From an uncultured Rubripirellula sp. (lineage in GTDB: Bacteria; Planctomycetota; Planctomycetia; Pirellulales; Pirellulaceae), in assembly GCA_938085445.1 (NCBI GenBank), contig CALKGR010000001.1:64001-128000 (forward strand): a DNA stretch of 64,000 nucleotides. The letters run 5' to 3'. The notes below the pieces were generated by a model. The model worked only from the letters and a program-made list of their open reading frames with translations. It made no database searches and had not been told where the DNA came from. The position numbers were made by a program, and so were the translations under genes. Shown one piece after another: positions 9,077 to 18,318 of the stretch. Position 1 is the first letter of the stretch; every line of letters starts with the position of its first letter.

Positions 9077-11239
9077 ATGCGTAATAACGAACTTTCCGCT
9101 TGGACTTTATTGGTCGCATCTGCCGTTCTTGGCAGCGTAACCATGCTTTCCCTGAGCGGCTGCAAGCCACCAGAAACAACCGAAGTCGATGTTTCGACCG
9201 GAGAATATGTCGAGAGCAATACGACGGCTAGTGACAGCAACGTCACCACCACAATATCGCAGGCGGTCGAAACTCCAATACCCAGTGACAACGCTGCCAG
9301 TGACAACGCTGCTGCCGCTGTCAAAGATGCGACCACTGCTGACGCAGCCAAGCAGCTGATTGCCGACAATTCTGCGGAAGTCGTTTCCTCTGGCGGCGAC
9401 TGGCCCCAATGGGGTGGCACGCGTCAGCGTAACAACACACCGGGAGTCAAGAATCTTCCACTCGAGTGGAATATCGGCAAATTTGATCGACGAACGGGTG
9501 ATTGGGATGACACGAAAGCAAAAAACATCCGTTGGTTCTCAAATCTGGGAAGCCAAACCTATGGCAATCCTGTAATTGCTGAGGGCCAGGTCTATGTGGG
9601 AACCAACAACGGTGCTGGTCACCTCAAACGCTTCCCATCGAAAGTAGATTTGGGTTGCTTACTTGCCTTCGATGAAAAAACTGGCGATTTCAAATGGCAG
9701 CACAGCAGTGAAAAGCTGATCACAGGTCGCGTTCACGACTGGCCACTGCAGGGCATTTGCTGCTCTCCTCTGGTTGAGGGAAACCGACTTTGGTTTGTCA
9801 CCAGTCGAGGTGAAGTACGTTGCCTTGATACCGAAGGCTTTTACGACAACGAAGATGATGGTCCAGTGAAAGACGAAATGGTCTCTTTAGCTGCCATCAT
9901 GAACGCTGGTCCATCCGCCGAGGCATTCGAACTGGCGTTAGCGGGCCTTGCCGAAGGTAAACTGACGGATGCCGCCAAAGCAGCTTTAGCAGCTGCCGGA
10001 GCAGAAGTCGAAGGTGACGTCAAAATCGAAACAGTGACCGAGGGTAAGTCATGGACCGCTCAGGGTAAATTCGATGGCATCGACCGGGAACTCACGATCA
10101 AACAGATCGGACCCCGCATTAAGTTCTTCAAGAAGCTAGGTACCTCGGATAAACGAGATGCGGACGTGATTTGGGTTTACAACATGATGGGTCCCGAAAT
10201 GGGCATCAGTCAGCACAATATGTGCTCATGCAGCGTGACCAGCTATGGCGATCTGCTGTTCGTCAATACGGGCAACGGACTCGACGAATCTCACCTGAAT
10301 CTACCGGCTCCTGATGCTCCCAGTTTCATCTGCATGAACAAGAATACTGGTGAAGTCCTATGGACCGATGGTGCGCCCGCCAAGAACATTTTGCACGGTC
10401 AGTGGTCAAGCCCAACCGTGGGAACATTCGATGGTGTGCCACAGGCTTTATTTGCTGGTGGCGATGGGATTCTTTACAGCTTTCGAGCTGACGAAGGGAA
10501 AGATGGCAATCCAGAATTACTCTGGAAGTTCGACTGCAACCCTAAAACCAGCAAGTGGGTCCTTGGTGGTGAAGGCACTCGCAATAATTTGATCGCCACT
10601 CCCGTCGTTTACGATGGGCTTGTCTACATCGCAGTCGGCCAAGATCCCGAACACGGCGAGGGCGAGGGGCATCTTTGGTGCATCAACCCGAACATGCGAG
10701 GTGATATTTCGCCAACGCTTGCAATGAAACTTGGTGACGATGGAAAGCGAATCCCCATTCCCCATCGTCGTATTCAAGCAGTGGAGCCAGAAAATGGCGA
10801 GGTAGAAGTTGACAATCCAAACTCCGGCGTGGTGTGGCACTACAGTATGCTTGACACGAATGGTGATGAAGAAATTGACTTCGAGGAAGAGATGCACCGT
10901 TCAATTGGCACATGTGCAATCAAAGATGATGTTCTTTATGTTGCTGACTTTTCCGGACTCGTCCACTGCCTGGATGCGAAAGGTACAAAAGATGGTAAGC
11001 CTATCGTCCACTTCACTTATGACATGCTTGCCCAAAGTTGGGGCAGTCCGCTAATCGCTGATGGACATGTCTTCATCGGTGATGAAGATGGGGATGTTGC
11101 CATTTTCGAATTTGGAAAAGAAAACGTCGAACCCATCGATGAAATCAACATGGGCAGCAGTGTTTACAGCACTCCTGTGGGTGCCAATGAATCAATTTTC
11201 ATCAGCACAAAAGACAAACTTTTCTCAATCGGAAAGTAA
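9077..11239 (+). CDS. PQQ-binding-like beta-propeller lipoprotein
   Basis: Lipobox LSGC; Ala/Ser/Thr-rich linker; DWPQWGG; blade repeats; WGSPLIADGHVFIG. Confidence 0.85.
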   Translation: MRNNELSAWTLLVASAVLGSVTMLSLSGCKPPETTEVDVSTGEYVESNTTASDSNVTTTISQAVETPIPSDNAASDNAAAAVKDATTADAAKQLIADNSAEVVSSGGDWPQWGGTRQRNNTPGVKNLPLEWNIGKFDRRTGDWDDTKAKNIRWFSNLGSQTYGNPVIAEGQVYVGTNNGAGHLKRFPSKVDLGCLLAFDEKTGDFKWQHSSEKLITGRVHDWPLQGICCSPLVEGNRLWFVTSRGEVRCLDTEGFYDNEDDGPVKDEMVSLAAIMNAGPSAEAFELALAGLAEGKLTDAAKAALAAAGAEVEGDVKIETVTEGKSWTAQGKFDGIDRELTIKQIGPRIKFFKKLGTSDKRDADVIWVYNMMGPEMGISQHNMCSCSVTSYGDLLFVNTGNGLDESHLNLPAPDAPSFICMNKNTGEVLWTDGAPAKNILHGQWSSPTVGTFDGVPQALFAGGDGILYSFRADEGKDGNPELLWKFDCNPKTSKWVLGGEGTRNNLIATPVVYDGLVYIAVGQDPEHGEGEGHLWCINPNMRGDISPTLAMKLGDDGKRIPIPHRRIQAVEPENGEVEVDNPNSGVVWHYSMLDTNGDEEIDFEEEMHRSIGTCAIKDDVLYVADFSGLVHCLDAKGTKDGKPIVHFTYDMLAQSWGSPLIADGHVFIGDEDGDVAIFEFGKENVEPIDEINMGSSVYSTPVGANESIFISTKDKLFSIGK

Positions 11240-11338
11240 ATAGACTGAATACACAGTCAATCATCTCTACACGACCAACAATCCTTTGGAAAAACGAAAT
11301 TGCCAAAGGGTTGTTCCGATTTTTACTTAAAAAACAAA

Positions 11339-11722
11339 ATGTCAAAAACTCTCTTGGACTGCGGTAATTGTGGTCCCGATTTTCATGCGATCAGACAAAT
11401 GGTGTCGAATCACTTCGGAGCCTCCGTTGTTCAGTCGCATGGAGTCGAAGATACGCTCGAATTGCTTCGTAACCAATCGGTCGACCTTGTTACCGTCAAT
11501 CGCAAACTCGACCGGGACTACAGTGACGGGCTTGATGTGGCTGTCGCGATCAAATCGGATCCCGAACTGGGCTCGATCCCAGTAATGCTGGTTACCAACT
11601 ACGACGAGCACCAAGAGACGGCCATGGCTGCCGGTTGCGTCAAGGGCTTTGGTAAACTTGCCATCAAAGATCCTGAGACACGAAACCTCTTAGAGCCGTT
11701 CTTACAATCCAAAACGGAATGA
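11339..11722 (+). CDS. Single-domain atypical response regulator (pseudo-receiver)
   Basis: Receiver-fold pattern (DLVTVN, DGLDV, IPVMLVT, AMAAG, GK), but the acidic pocket reads DCGNC and the phospho-Asp position is Asn. Confidence 0.75.
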   Translation: MSKTLLDCGNCGPDFHAIRQMVSNHFGASVVQSHGVEDTLELLRNQSVDLVTVNRKLDRDYSDGLDVAVAIKSDPELGSIPVMLVTNYDEHQETAMAAGCVKGFGKLAIKDPETRNLLEPFLQSKTE

Positions 11723-11866
11723 CTCAATGAGTCAGCACTGCACCCCAAAACGCATCCTCTGGAAAAGAAGATCGTAAACCGCTTTCGGGTCTCGTTCCAC
11801 TTGCTGGGCTTCTCTTGAACCTGATGGCGGCTAGGATGGAGAAGAACCCAAGCACAGAAAGAGTCG

Positions 11867-12277
11867 ATGAACGGTAAGTATCGAAAGCTTCTCGCAGCCA
11901 AAATTCACCGCGCCACGGTCACTGCCGCGGATGTTGACTACGAGGGAAGTGTGACCATTCCACCTGAACTACTTGAAGCGGCGTCCATTCACCCCTACGA
12001 GTCGATCCATGTCTGGAACACCTCGCGTGGAACGCGGCTGGAAACCTACGCCATCGCTGGGCTCAAGGGCTCAAATGATATTTGCGCCAACGGAGCCGCG
12101 GCTCACCTGATTCGCCCGGGCGACAAAGTCATCCTCGCCGCTTACACAATGGTGCCAGAGGACGAAATCAATTCGCACCAACCACAACTGATTTTCGTGA
12201 ATGAAGCAAATCGAGTCGTTCGCTCTGGGCCTGAAGTACCAGGTCCACAGCGACGCAACGCTACAAAAGGCTATTAA
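11867..12277 (+). CDS. panD: Aspartate 1-decarboxylase
   Basis: KIHRATVT, YEG|SVTI self-cleavage site, RLETYAI, NGAAAHL, GDKVIL. Confidence 0.95.
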   Translation: MNGKYRKLLAAKIHRATVTAADVDYEGSVTIPPELLEAASIHPYESIHVWNTSRGTRLETYAIAGLKGSNDICANGAAAHLIRPGDKVILAAYTMVPEDEINSHQPQLIFVNEANRVVRSGPEVPGPQRRNATKGY

Positions 12278-12282
12278 TTCAC

Positions 12283-12828
12283 GTGCAAGGATTCGGAATA
12301 GTCATCATTGCCATCCTGATTGGCTTGGTAGCCGGGTGCCTGCTAGGCACTCAGCCGAGCGTGAATGGCCAATTGGGTAGGTATCTCGAGCACCCCCTGC
12401 AGGCGTCGCTCATCTCTTTTGCTAGCGGAACGCTGATCCTTCTAGTGCTGTCGGTGGTGACCGGAACCTTTCCGCCAGTCTTCACAGCACCACCTCGGGA
12501 ATTTCCGTGGTGGATTTGGTTTGGAGGTGCCATTGGCGTGGTTTTGGTGACCAGTTCGTTGATTTTAGTGCCTCGAGTAGGTTCACTTCCCTGGTTTGCG
12601 GCAGTGATGACAGGTCAGACCATCGCTGCACTGCTATTGGATCATTTTGGTTTATTGGGTAATCCCCGTGCCGAGGCGTCCCCGCTTAGACTGCTCGGAG
12701 CGGGTTTCCTAATCGCCGGTGTGCTGGTAATTGTTCAGGCCAAGCGGATGGAACATTCACGCACTTTGAGGCCACCTGGACCGGAGTCCCAAGAATCGAA
12801 TTCGCCACCCGCGAATCGATTTCAGTGA
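12283..12828 (+). CDS. DMT family transporter (YdcZ/DUF606-like)
   Basis: Five hydrophobic helices; QPSVNGQL, PWWIWFGGAIG, GQTIAALLLDHFGLLG motifs. Confidence 0.85.
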   Translation: MQGFGIVIIAILIGLVAGCLLGTQPSVNGQLGRYLEHPLQASLISFASGTLILLVLSVVTGTFPPVFTAPPREFPWWIWFGGAIGVVLVTSSLILVPRVGSLPWFAAVMTGQTIAALLLDHFGLLGNPRAEASPLRLLGAGFLIAGVLVIVQAKRMEHSRTLRPPGPESQESNSPPANRFQ

Positions 12829-12978
12829 CATTTCCCTCCCCCAAACGGCTTTTTAGACAGGAAATAGCTAATCTTCCGACCTACAAATCCCCCAATTGCA
12901 AGGAAACCTTGATGATCCGCACAATCCACGGTTGAGGCAAAATTTAACCGTGCCTATTGTAGTGAGGTGAATACAGCT

Positions 12979-13491
12979 ATGAGTTCAGTCCCCCCAGAAA
13001 TGAAATACCGCCAGATCGACAAAATCACCGCCATTGAGCCGGGAAAACGGCTCACAGCGGAGAGGACGTTGCGCGCAGACGAGGAGTACCTGAAGGATCA
13101 TTTTCCGCGATTTCCGGTGATGCCCGGAGTGATGATGCTGGAAGCCCTTCATCAGGCTGCTGTCTGGCTGGTCAGATCCGACGATGACTTCAAAACACCA
13201 TTGGTATTGCTTCGAGAGACGCGAAGCGTCAAGTTCGGCGACTTTCTGGCCCCCGGCGAGACCCTGCAAATCGCAGTAGATGTAGTCAAACAAGATGGAA
13301 ATCACACCACGGTAAAGGCATCCGCAACGAAACAGGGGCGAGTAACTGTCTCTGCACGACTGATACTTGAACGCTGTTTCACAGGAGATCCAGAGCATTT
13401 TGGCACTGACGCCAAGGTGTTGGAATCAACGAAAGAACAGTTCCTGGAACTTACAAAACAACTTACAGAGCAAGTCGTCCTGAGCGACTGA
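12979..13491 (+). CDS. FabZ/FabA-type 3-hydroxyacyl-ACP dehydratase (catalytic His and Glu present)
   Basis: EEYLKDHFPRFPVMPGVMMLEAL, VKFGDFLAPGETL; hot-dog fold pattern. Confidence 0.88.
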   Translation: MSSVPPEMKYRQIDKITAIEPGKRLTAERTLRADEEYLKDHFPRFPVMPGVMMLEALHQAAVWLVRSDDDFKTPLVLLRETRSVKFGDFLAPGETLQIAVDVVKQDGNHTTVKASATKQGRVTVSARLILERCFTGDPEHFGTDAKVLESTKEQFLELTKQLTEQVVLSD

Positions 13492-13545
13492 CTCGATCCA
13501 TATCACTACACTCAAATTACGACACGTTCGCAAAAGGATTCACTG

Positions 13546-13941
13546 ATGGGCCTTTCCCAAGACGACATTTTCGAAAAGGTACAAGAAGCTCTGGTTGACG
13601 CGTTGGGCGTTGATGATGATGAAGTCAATCACGAAGCAACCTTGGTGGGAGATCTGGGTGCTGAGTCCATCGATTTTCTCGACATCGTGTTCAAGCTTGA
13701 AAAATCATTCGACATCAATATTGAACGGACAGAACTGGCACCTGAGGACATCCTCACTAACGGTGACTATGTCAAGGATGGAGTCGTGACAGCTGACGGC
13801 ATGGCAGAACTGAAAAGGCGAATGCCATGGGCCAATATGAGTGAGTTCGAGCAGAACCCTCGCGTGCAGGACTTCGGTAATCTTCTGACTGTTGGCGATC
13901 TTTGCAGTTACGTCGGTAGTAAAGTCGGTAGTGACAACTGA
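13546..13941 (+). CDS. Acyl carrier protein, extended (131 aa)
   Basis: DLGAESIDFLDIVFKLEKSFDI phosphopantetheine-Ser motif; C-terminal TVGDLCSYV; large insertion between them. Confidence 0.88.
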   Translation: MGLSQDDIFEKVQEALVDALGVDDDEVNHEATLVGDLGAESIDFLDIVFKLEKSFDINIERTELAPEDILTNGDYVKDGVVTADGMAELKRRMPWANMSEFEQNPRVQDFGNLLTVGDLCSYVGSKVGSDN

Positions 13942-14021
13942 ATTAGCTGTCCAAGAATTTTGCTCACAGGGAACGATCAACTTCCAGTTTCCAATTTTTT
14001 CTCTTTGTGGTTCATGAACCA

Positions 14022-14528
14022 ATGCGCTGGTTTTGGATTGATCGATTCACCGAATTTGTAAGCGGCAGTCACGCTCGTGGGTACAAAAACGTAACGCTGG
14101 CAGAAGAGGCGTTAGACGATTACTGCCCAGGGTTTCCCATGCTACCACCGACTTTGATTATAGAGGGCATGGCTCAAATGGGTGGGATTCTTGTCTCAGA
14201 GCACTTCCAGTTTGACAAGCATGTGGTGCTCGCCAAGGTCGGGAAAGCGAAGTTTCATAAACCAGCACGCAACGGCGATCAACTTTCGTTGGCAGTTGAC
14301 TTAGACGCCGTTCAGGACACTGGAGCGACAGTGACCTGCCTCAGTCACTCAGCCGACGAACTTCAAGCGGAAATTAATTTGATGTTCGCGTTTCTGGAAG
14401 ATGGTCGGTTCACAGATGGCCCACTATTCAACCCAGGTATGCTCAGAGACATGCTACGGATGATGAATTTTTTCCATGTGGCAGTGGATCCCGATGGAAA
14501 CCCTGTCAAAGAATATACGAACATCTAG
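14022..14528 (+). CDS. Second FabZ-like hot-dog protein lacking the catalytic His
   Basis: WIDRF, KNVTLAEEALDDYCPGFPMLPPTLIIEGMAQ, AKFHKPARNGDQL; DYCP stands in place of the HFP motif. Confidence 0.85.
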   Translation: MRWFWIDRFTEFVSGSHARGYKNVTLAEEALDDYCPGFPMLPPTLIIEGMAQMGGILVSEHFQFDKHVVLAKVGKAKFHKPARNGDQLSLAVDLDAVQDTGATVTCLSHSADELQAEINLMFAFLEDGRFTDGPLFNPGMLRDMLRMMNFFHVAVDPDGNPVKEYTNI

Positions 14529-14598
14529 TTCCAATCTCACCACGGTCGGTCAAAGTCCACCGTTAACTGCTTCCCACACTTCCAAGAAAGCTCGCCCG

Positions 14599-15882
14599 AT
14601 GCGTCGCCGTGTAGTCGTAACCGGAATCGGAATGGTCAACCCAATGGGGCATGACGCTGACACCGTATGGTCTGGCTTGAAAGAAGGGCAAAGTGGTGTG
14701 GCAAATACCACCCTCTTTGACGCCAGTGGCTTTCCCACCAAGATCAGCGCCGAGGTCAAGAATTGGGATATCACTGATTCAGGAGAATCAGCTGAGGATT
14801 GGAAAGATCGTGGTAGACACACCAAGTTTGCTGCCGGTGCCGCTAAACAGGCAATTGCCGACAGCGGTGTTCTGGATTCCATCACCGATCCGGTTCGCTT
14901 TGGCGTTTACTTGGGCAGTGGCGAAGGCAATCAGGATTTCAGGACGTTCAGCCAAATGATGGCCGCCGCGTTAGCTGATGGCGAGTATGACGCAGCAAAG
15001 TTCATCAAGTCGGGAATTGAATTACTGAATCCTGCTAAAGAGCTCGAGCAAGAACCCAACATGCCTGCTGCTCATCTGGCAACCATGTTCAATGCACAGG
15101 GCCCAAATCTCAACTGTCTAACGGCTTGTGCAGCCAGCAGCCAAGCAGTCGGCGAGGCCACTGAGATTATTCGTCGCGGTGATGCCGACACCATGTTGGC
15201 GGGTGGAACGCACAGCATGATTCACCCGTTTGGTGTCACCGGCTTCAACTTACTCACAGCGCTCAGCGAAAGCAATGATGAGCCAACCAAGGCCAGTCGC
15301 CCCTTTGATCGCCTTCGGAATGGTTTCGTCCTCGGTGAAGGATCTGCAATGGTGATTCTGGAAGAACTCGAGGCTGCCAAAGCTCGCGGAGCGAATATCT
15401 ACGGCGAGATTGCCGGATATGGGACTACCGCAGATGCTTATCGCATCACAGATATTCCACCAGATGGGCATGGTGGAATTGCCGCCATGCGAATGTCCAT
15501 TGCTGATGCTGGCTTGCAACCTTCCGACATTCAATATGTCAACGCTCACGGCACAAGCACAACAGTCAATGATAAAGTTGAATCCAAAGCCTGTCGTGAT
15601 GTTTTTGGTGAGCACGCTGCCAAGATTCCCGTGAGCAGCACGAAAAGCATGATGGGACACCTGATTGCGGCTGCGGGAGTTACAGAAATGATTGTGTGCT
15701 TGTTGGCCATGCGTGATTCGGTGCTACCACCAACAATCAATTACGAAAACCCTGATCCCGAATGCGACCTTGATTACGTCCCCAACGAGGCGAGAGAAGC
15801 CGAAATTCGGTACGCGCTCAACAATAGCTTTGGCTTCGGAGGACAAAATGTCACCCTCTGCCTGAGTCGCTACGCGGGCTGA
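14599..15882 (+). CDS. fabF: Beta-ketoacyl-ACP synthase II family protein
   Basis: RRVVVTGIG, TACAASS (Cys), NAHGTST (His), KSMMGHL (His), NSFGFGGQN. Confidence 0.9.
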   Translation: MRRRVVVTGIGMVNPMGHDADTVWSGLKEGQSGVANTTLFDASGFPTKISAEVKNWDITDSGESAEDWKDRGRHTKFAAGAAKQAIADSGVLDSITDPVRFGVYLGSGEGNQDFRTFSQMMAAALADGEYDAAKFIKSGIELLNPAKELEQEPNMPAAHLATMFNAQGPNLNCLTACAASSQAVGEATEIIRRGDADTMLAGGTHSMIHPFGVTGFNLLTALSESNDEPTKASRPFDRLRNGFVLGEGSAMVILEELEAAKARGANIYGEIAGYGTTADAYRITDIPPDGHGGIAAMRMSIADAGLQPSDIQYVNAHGTSTTVNDKVESKACRDVFGEHAAKIPVSSTKSMMGHLIAAAGVTEMIVCLLAMRDSVLPPTINYENPDPECDLDYVPNEAREAEIRYALNNSFGFGGQNVTLCLSRYAG

Positions 15883-15917
15883 TCTCGAACGCAAATGGAC
15901 GATTCCAAGAGCTTGTC

Positions 15918-16319
15918 ATGAATCACTTCAGCGATGCCGAACTCAGTGCATTTTTTGACGAAGCTCTCTCACCTACACGTTGCGCCCAACTTGAACATGA
16001 GCTCCGCAGTAACACACACTTGCGGCAGCGTCTCATCGAGGTTCGTGGTCGAGAATCAGCCGGATTACACACCTTGGGTGCGATTTGGAGGAGAAACCGC
16101 CTCTCATGCCCAGATCGCTCTGAACTTGGCCAGTTTGTTTTAGGAACGCTTGAAACAGAACAAAAAGACTACATTCAATTTCATCTCCAAAAAATTGGAT
16201 GCCGATACTGCCAAGCCAACCTTGCCGATATTGACCCTGCAGAGCAGACGCCAGAACAGGCAACAACCCGGCGCAATCGTTACTTTCAAACCAGTGCTGG
16301 ATACCTGAAAAAAGACTGA
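15918..16319 (+). CDS. Small soluble protein with zinc-finger anti-sigma-like (zf-HC2) motif
   Basis: SDAELSAFFDEAL N-terminus; SCPDRSELG and FHLQKIGCRYC motifs. Confidence 0.6.
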   Translation: MNHFSDAELSAFFDEALSPTRCAQLEHELRSNTHLRQRLIEVRGRESAGLHTLGAIWRRNRLSCPDRSELGQFVLGTLETEQKDYIQFHLQKIGCRYCQANLADIDPAEQTPEQATTRRNRYFQTSAGYLKKD

Positions 16320-16331
16320 ATTCGAATGCCA

Positions 16332-16655
16332 TCAATTCGCTCGGTACAGCATTTTCTCGAGCCGATCAAGCGTGGCGACCATATCATTCCACTCCGTCAC
16401 CACCTCCATCGTTGGCAACGATGTAGAATCATCACGATCAAAACCACGCTCACTGATACACACTCGCTGTGACAGCACGGCGACGCCACTCTGACCATTC
16501 GTGTCCGTTCTTAAGTCATTTGAATCAGTCGCATTACCTTCCATCGGTAACACCTGCTGCATCGCCTGATGAACAGCCCACAAAGCAGCCTTACGTGTAG
16601 TTTCAGCCTGAACTACAGTCCGCATCGTGCCGGATTGAACATAATATTTGGACAT
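16332..16655 (-). CDS. Hypothetical protein
   Basis: 107-aa ORF with AGAGGA RBS upstream, filling the gap between genes. Confidence 0.65.
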   Translation of the reverse strand: MSKYYVQSGTMRTVVQAETTRKAALWAVHQAMQQVLPMEGNATDSNDLRTDTNGQSGVAVLSQRVCISERGFDRDDSTSLPTMEVVTEWNDMVATLDRLEKMLYRAN

Positions 16656-16983
16656 ATGAATATTCCTCTTTAAAACAAAATTCTGAAACGGAAGTATCGA
16701 TCGCAGTTAGCCAGGTGGGGTGACCAGTAACAGCTTGCCGACAACACTGGTATCGCAGCCCAGCTGACACGTCTGGTCATACCGCTGCAAAAATCATGGA
16801 AAGCCTGAAACGCCGCTCAAAGTGACGAAGCTGAAATCTGCTCCAATACTTTGATGGGAACGACCCGAATACGAGTCGTTCTCGGCACGAGTAGAAATGG
16901 TTCAATTCAAAACTTGTATTAGATTGCCGATCTCCGACACTCAAATCCTCAAAAACAACAACTCGAAACTGTCTCAACCAATC

Positions 16984-18318
16984 ATGAAGTTGACTCACCA
17001 TGGTGCACACGAAGGTGTCACCGGCTCATGCCACCAATTGAATTGGGGAGATAAGCATGGTCTGCTCGTCGACTGTGGAATTTTCCAAGGGGATGAAGCC
17101 AAAAAAAAACCAAACCCTGAAATCAATTTTTCGCTTTCAACCATCGAAAGCTTGTTGCTTACGCATGTACATATCGACCACGCTGGTCGTATTCCCTATC
17201 TGCTTGCAGCTGGTTTTAAGCAACCGATCTATTGCAGTTATCCGACGGCAAAATTACTTCCCTTGGTAATGGAAGATGCACTTAAAATCGGGTTCACAAG
17301 ATCGCGAAATCTGATCAGCAAATTTCTCAAGCAAGTCAAGCATCTGCTACAACCAGTTGAGTATGACTGCTGGCATCAGATCCCGGGCTCAGCATCTATT
17401 CGCCTGCGCCCTGCAGGACATGTACTCGGATCGACTATTTTCGATGTCAAATTACCAAATGGAAAAACGGTTGTTTTTACGGGTGATATTGGAACGGGGA
17501 AAGATCCACTGCTACGCAAACCTGTCAGTCCACCGAAGGCAGATCTATTGGTTCTGGAAAGCACCTACGGCGACAGAGTTCACGAGACTCCAGAAAATCG
17601 TCAAAACGCTCTGGAAACAGTACTGAGAAGAACCTTGCAAGACCGCGGCGTGACCATCATTCCTGCATTCAGTTTGGGCCGCACACAGTCCATTCTTTAT
17701 GAAATGAATGGGATTTTCGAAAGGCTGGAGAAGGAAAGAGGTCATTCACTTCTCAAACAAGTCGATGTGATTGTCGACTCACCCTTGGCATCCAGATTCA
17801 CCGAACTTTACAAAGATATGAATTCTTACTGGGGTCGCGAAGCACAACAACTGATGCAAACCGATGATCAACCACTGGTATTCGAAAACTTGACAACCGT
17901 TGGCAGTCATCAAGAACACAAAGAGACCCTCGCGTACGTGGAAAAAAAACAGCTACCAGCGATTGTGATTGCTGGCAGTGGAATGTGCACCGGGGGCCGA
18001 GTGATGAACTACCTGAAACGGTTTCTTGGTAACGTCACCACCGACATCGTTTTTGTTGGACATCAGGCAAGTGGTACGCCAGGGCACTTTCTAAGTCGTG
18101 GCAGTGAATGGGTCCGCCTGAATGGCCGCAAATATACAGTTGCAGCAAAAGTTCATCAGATGCATGGTTACTCCGCTCACGCCGACCAGGTAGACCTTAT
18201 TGAATTTGTGAAAAAGATGGAAACACGCCCAAAACAAATTCGCTTGGTACATGGCAACTATCAACCCAAGTTGGTCCTCAAAGAAAAACTTACAAACCTT
18301 GGATACCAGGTCATTTGA
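16984..18318 (+). CDS. MBL-fold beta-CASP nuclease family protein
   Basis: GAHEGVTGSCH, LTHVHIDHAG, AGHVLGS, FTGDIG, ESTYGDR, PAFSLGRTQ, SGMCTGGR, YSAHADQ. Confidence 0.92.
   Translation: MKLTHHGAHEGVTGSCHQLNWGDKHGLLVDCGIFQGDEAKKKPNPEINFSLSTIESLLLTHVHIDHAGRIPYLLAAGFKQPIYCSYPTAKLLPLVMEDALKIGFTRSRNLISKFLKQVKHLLQPVEYDCWHQIPGSASIRLRPAGHVLGSTIFDVKLPNGKTVVFTGDIGTGKDPLLRKPVSPPKADLLVLESTYGDRVHETPENRQNALETVLRRTLQDRGVTIIPAFSLGRTQSILYEMNGIFERLEKERGHSLLKQVDVIVDSPLASRFTELYKDMNSYWGREAQQLMQTDDQPLVFENLTTVGSHQEHKETLAYVEKKQLPAIVIAGSGMCTGGRVMNYLKRFLGNVTTDIVFVGHQASGTPGHFLSRGSEWVRLNGRKYTVAAKVHQMHGYSAHADQVDLIEFVKKMETRPKQIRLVHGNYQPKLVLKEKLTNLGYQVI

Noticed and set aside
16700..16800. Possible stems upstream of the 16655 gene (GTGACCAG/CTGGTCAT, CCAGT/ACTGG)
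   Set aside because: Too short and too few to distinguish from chance without comparative data
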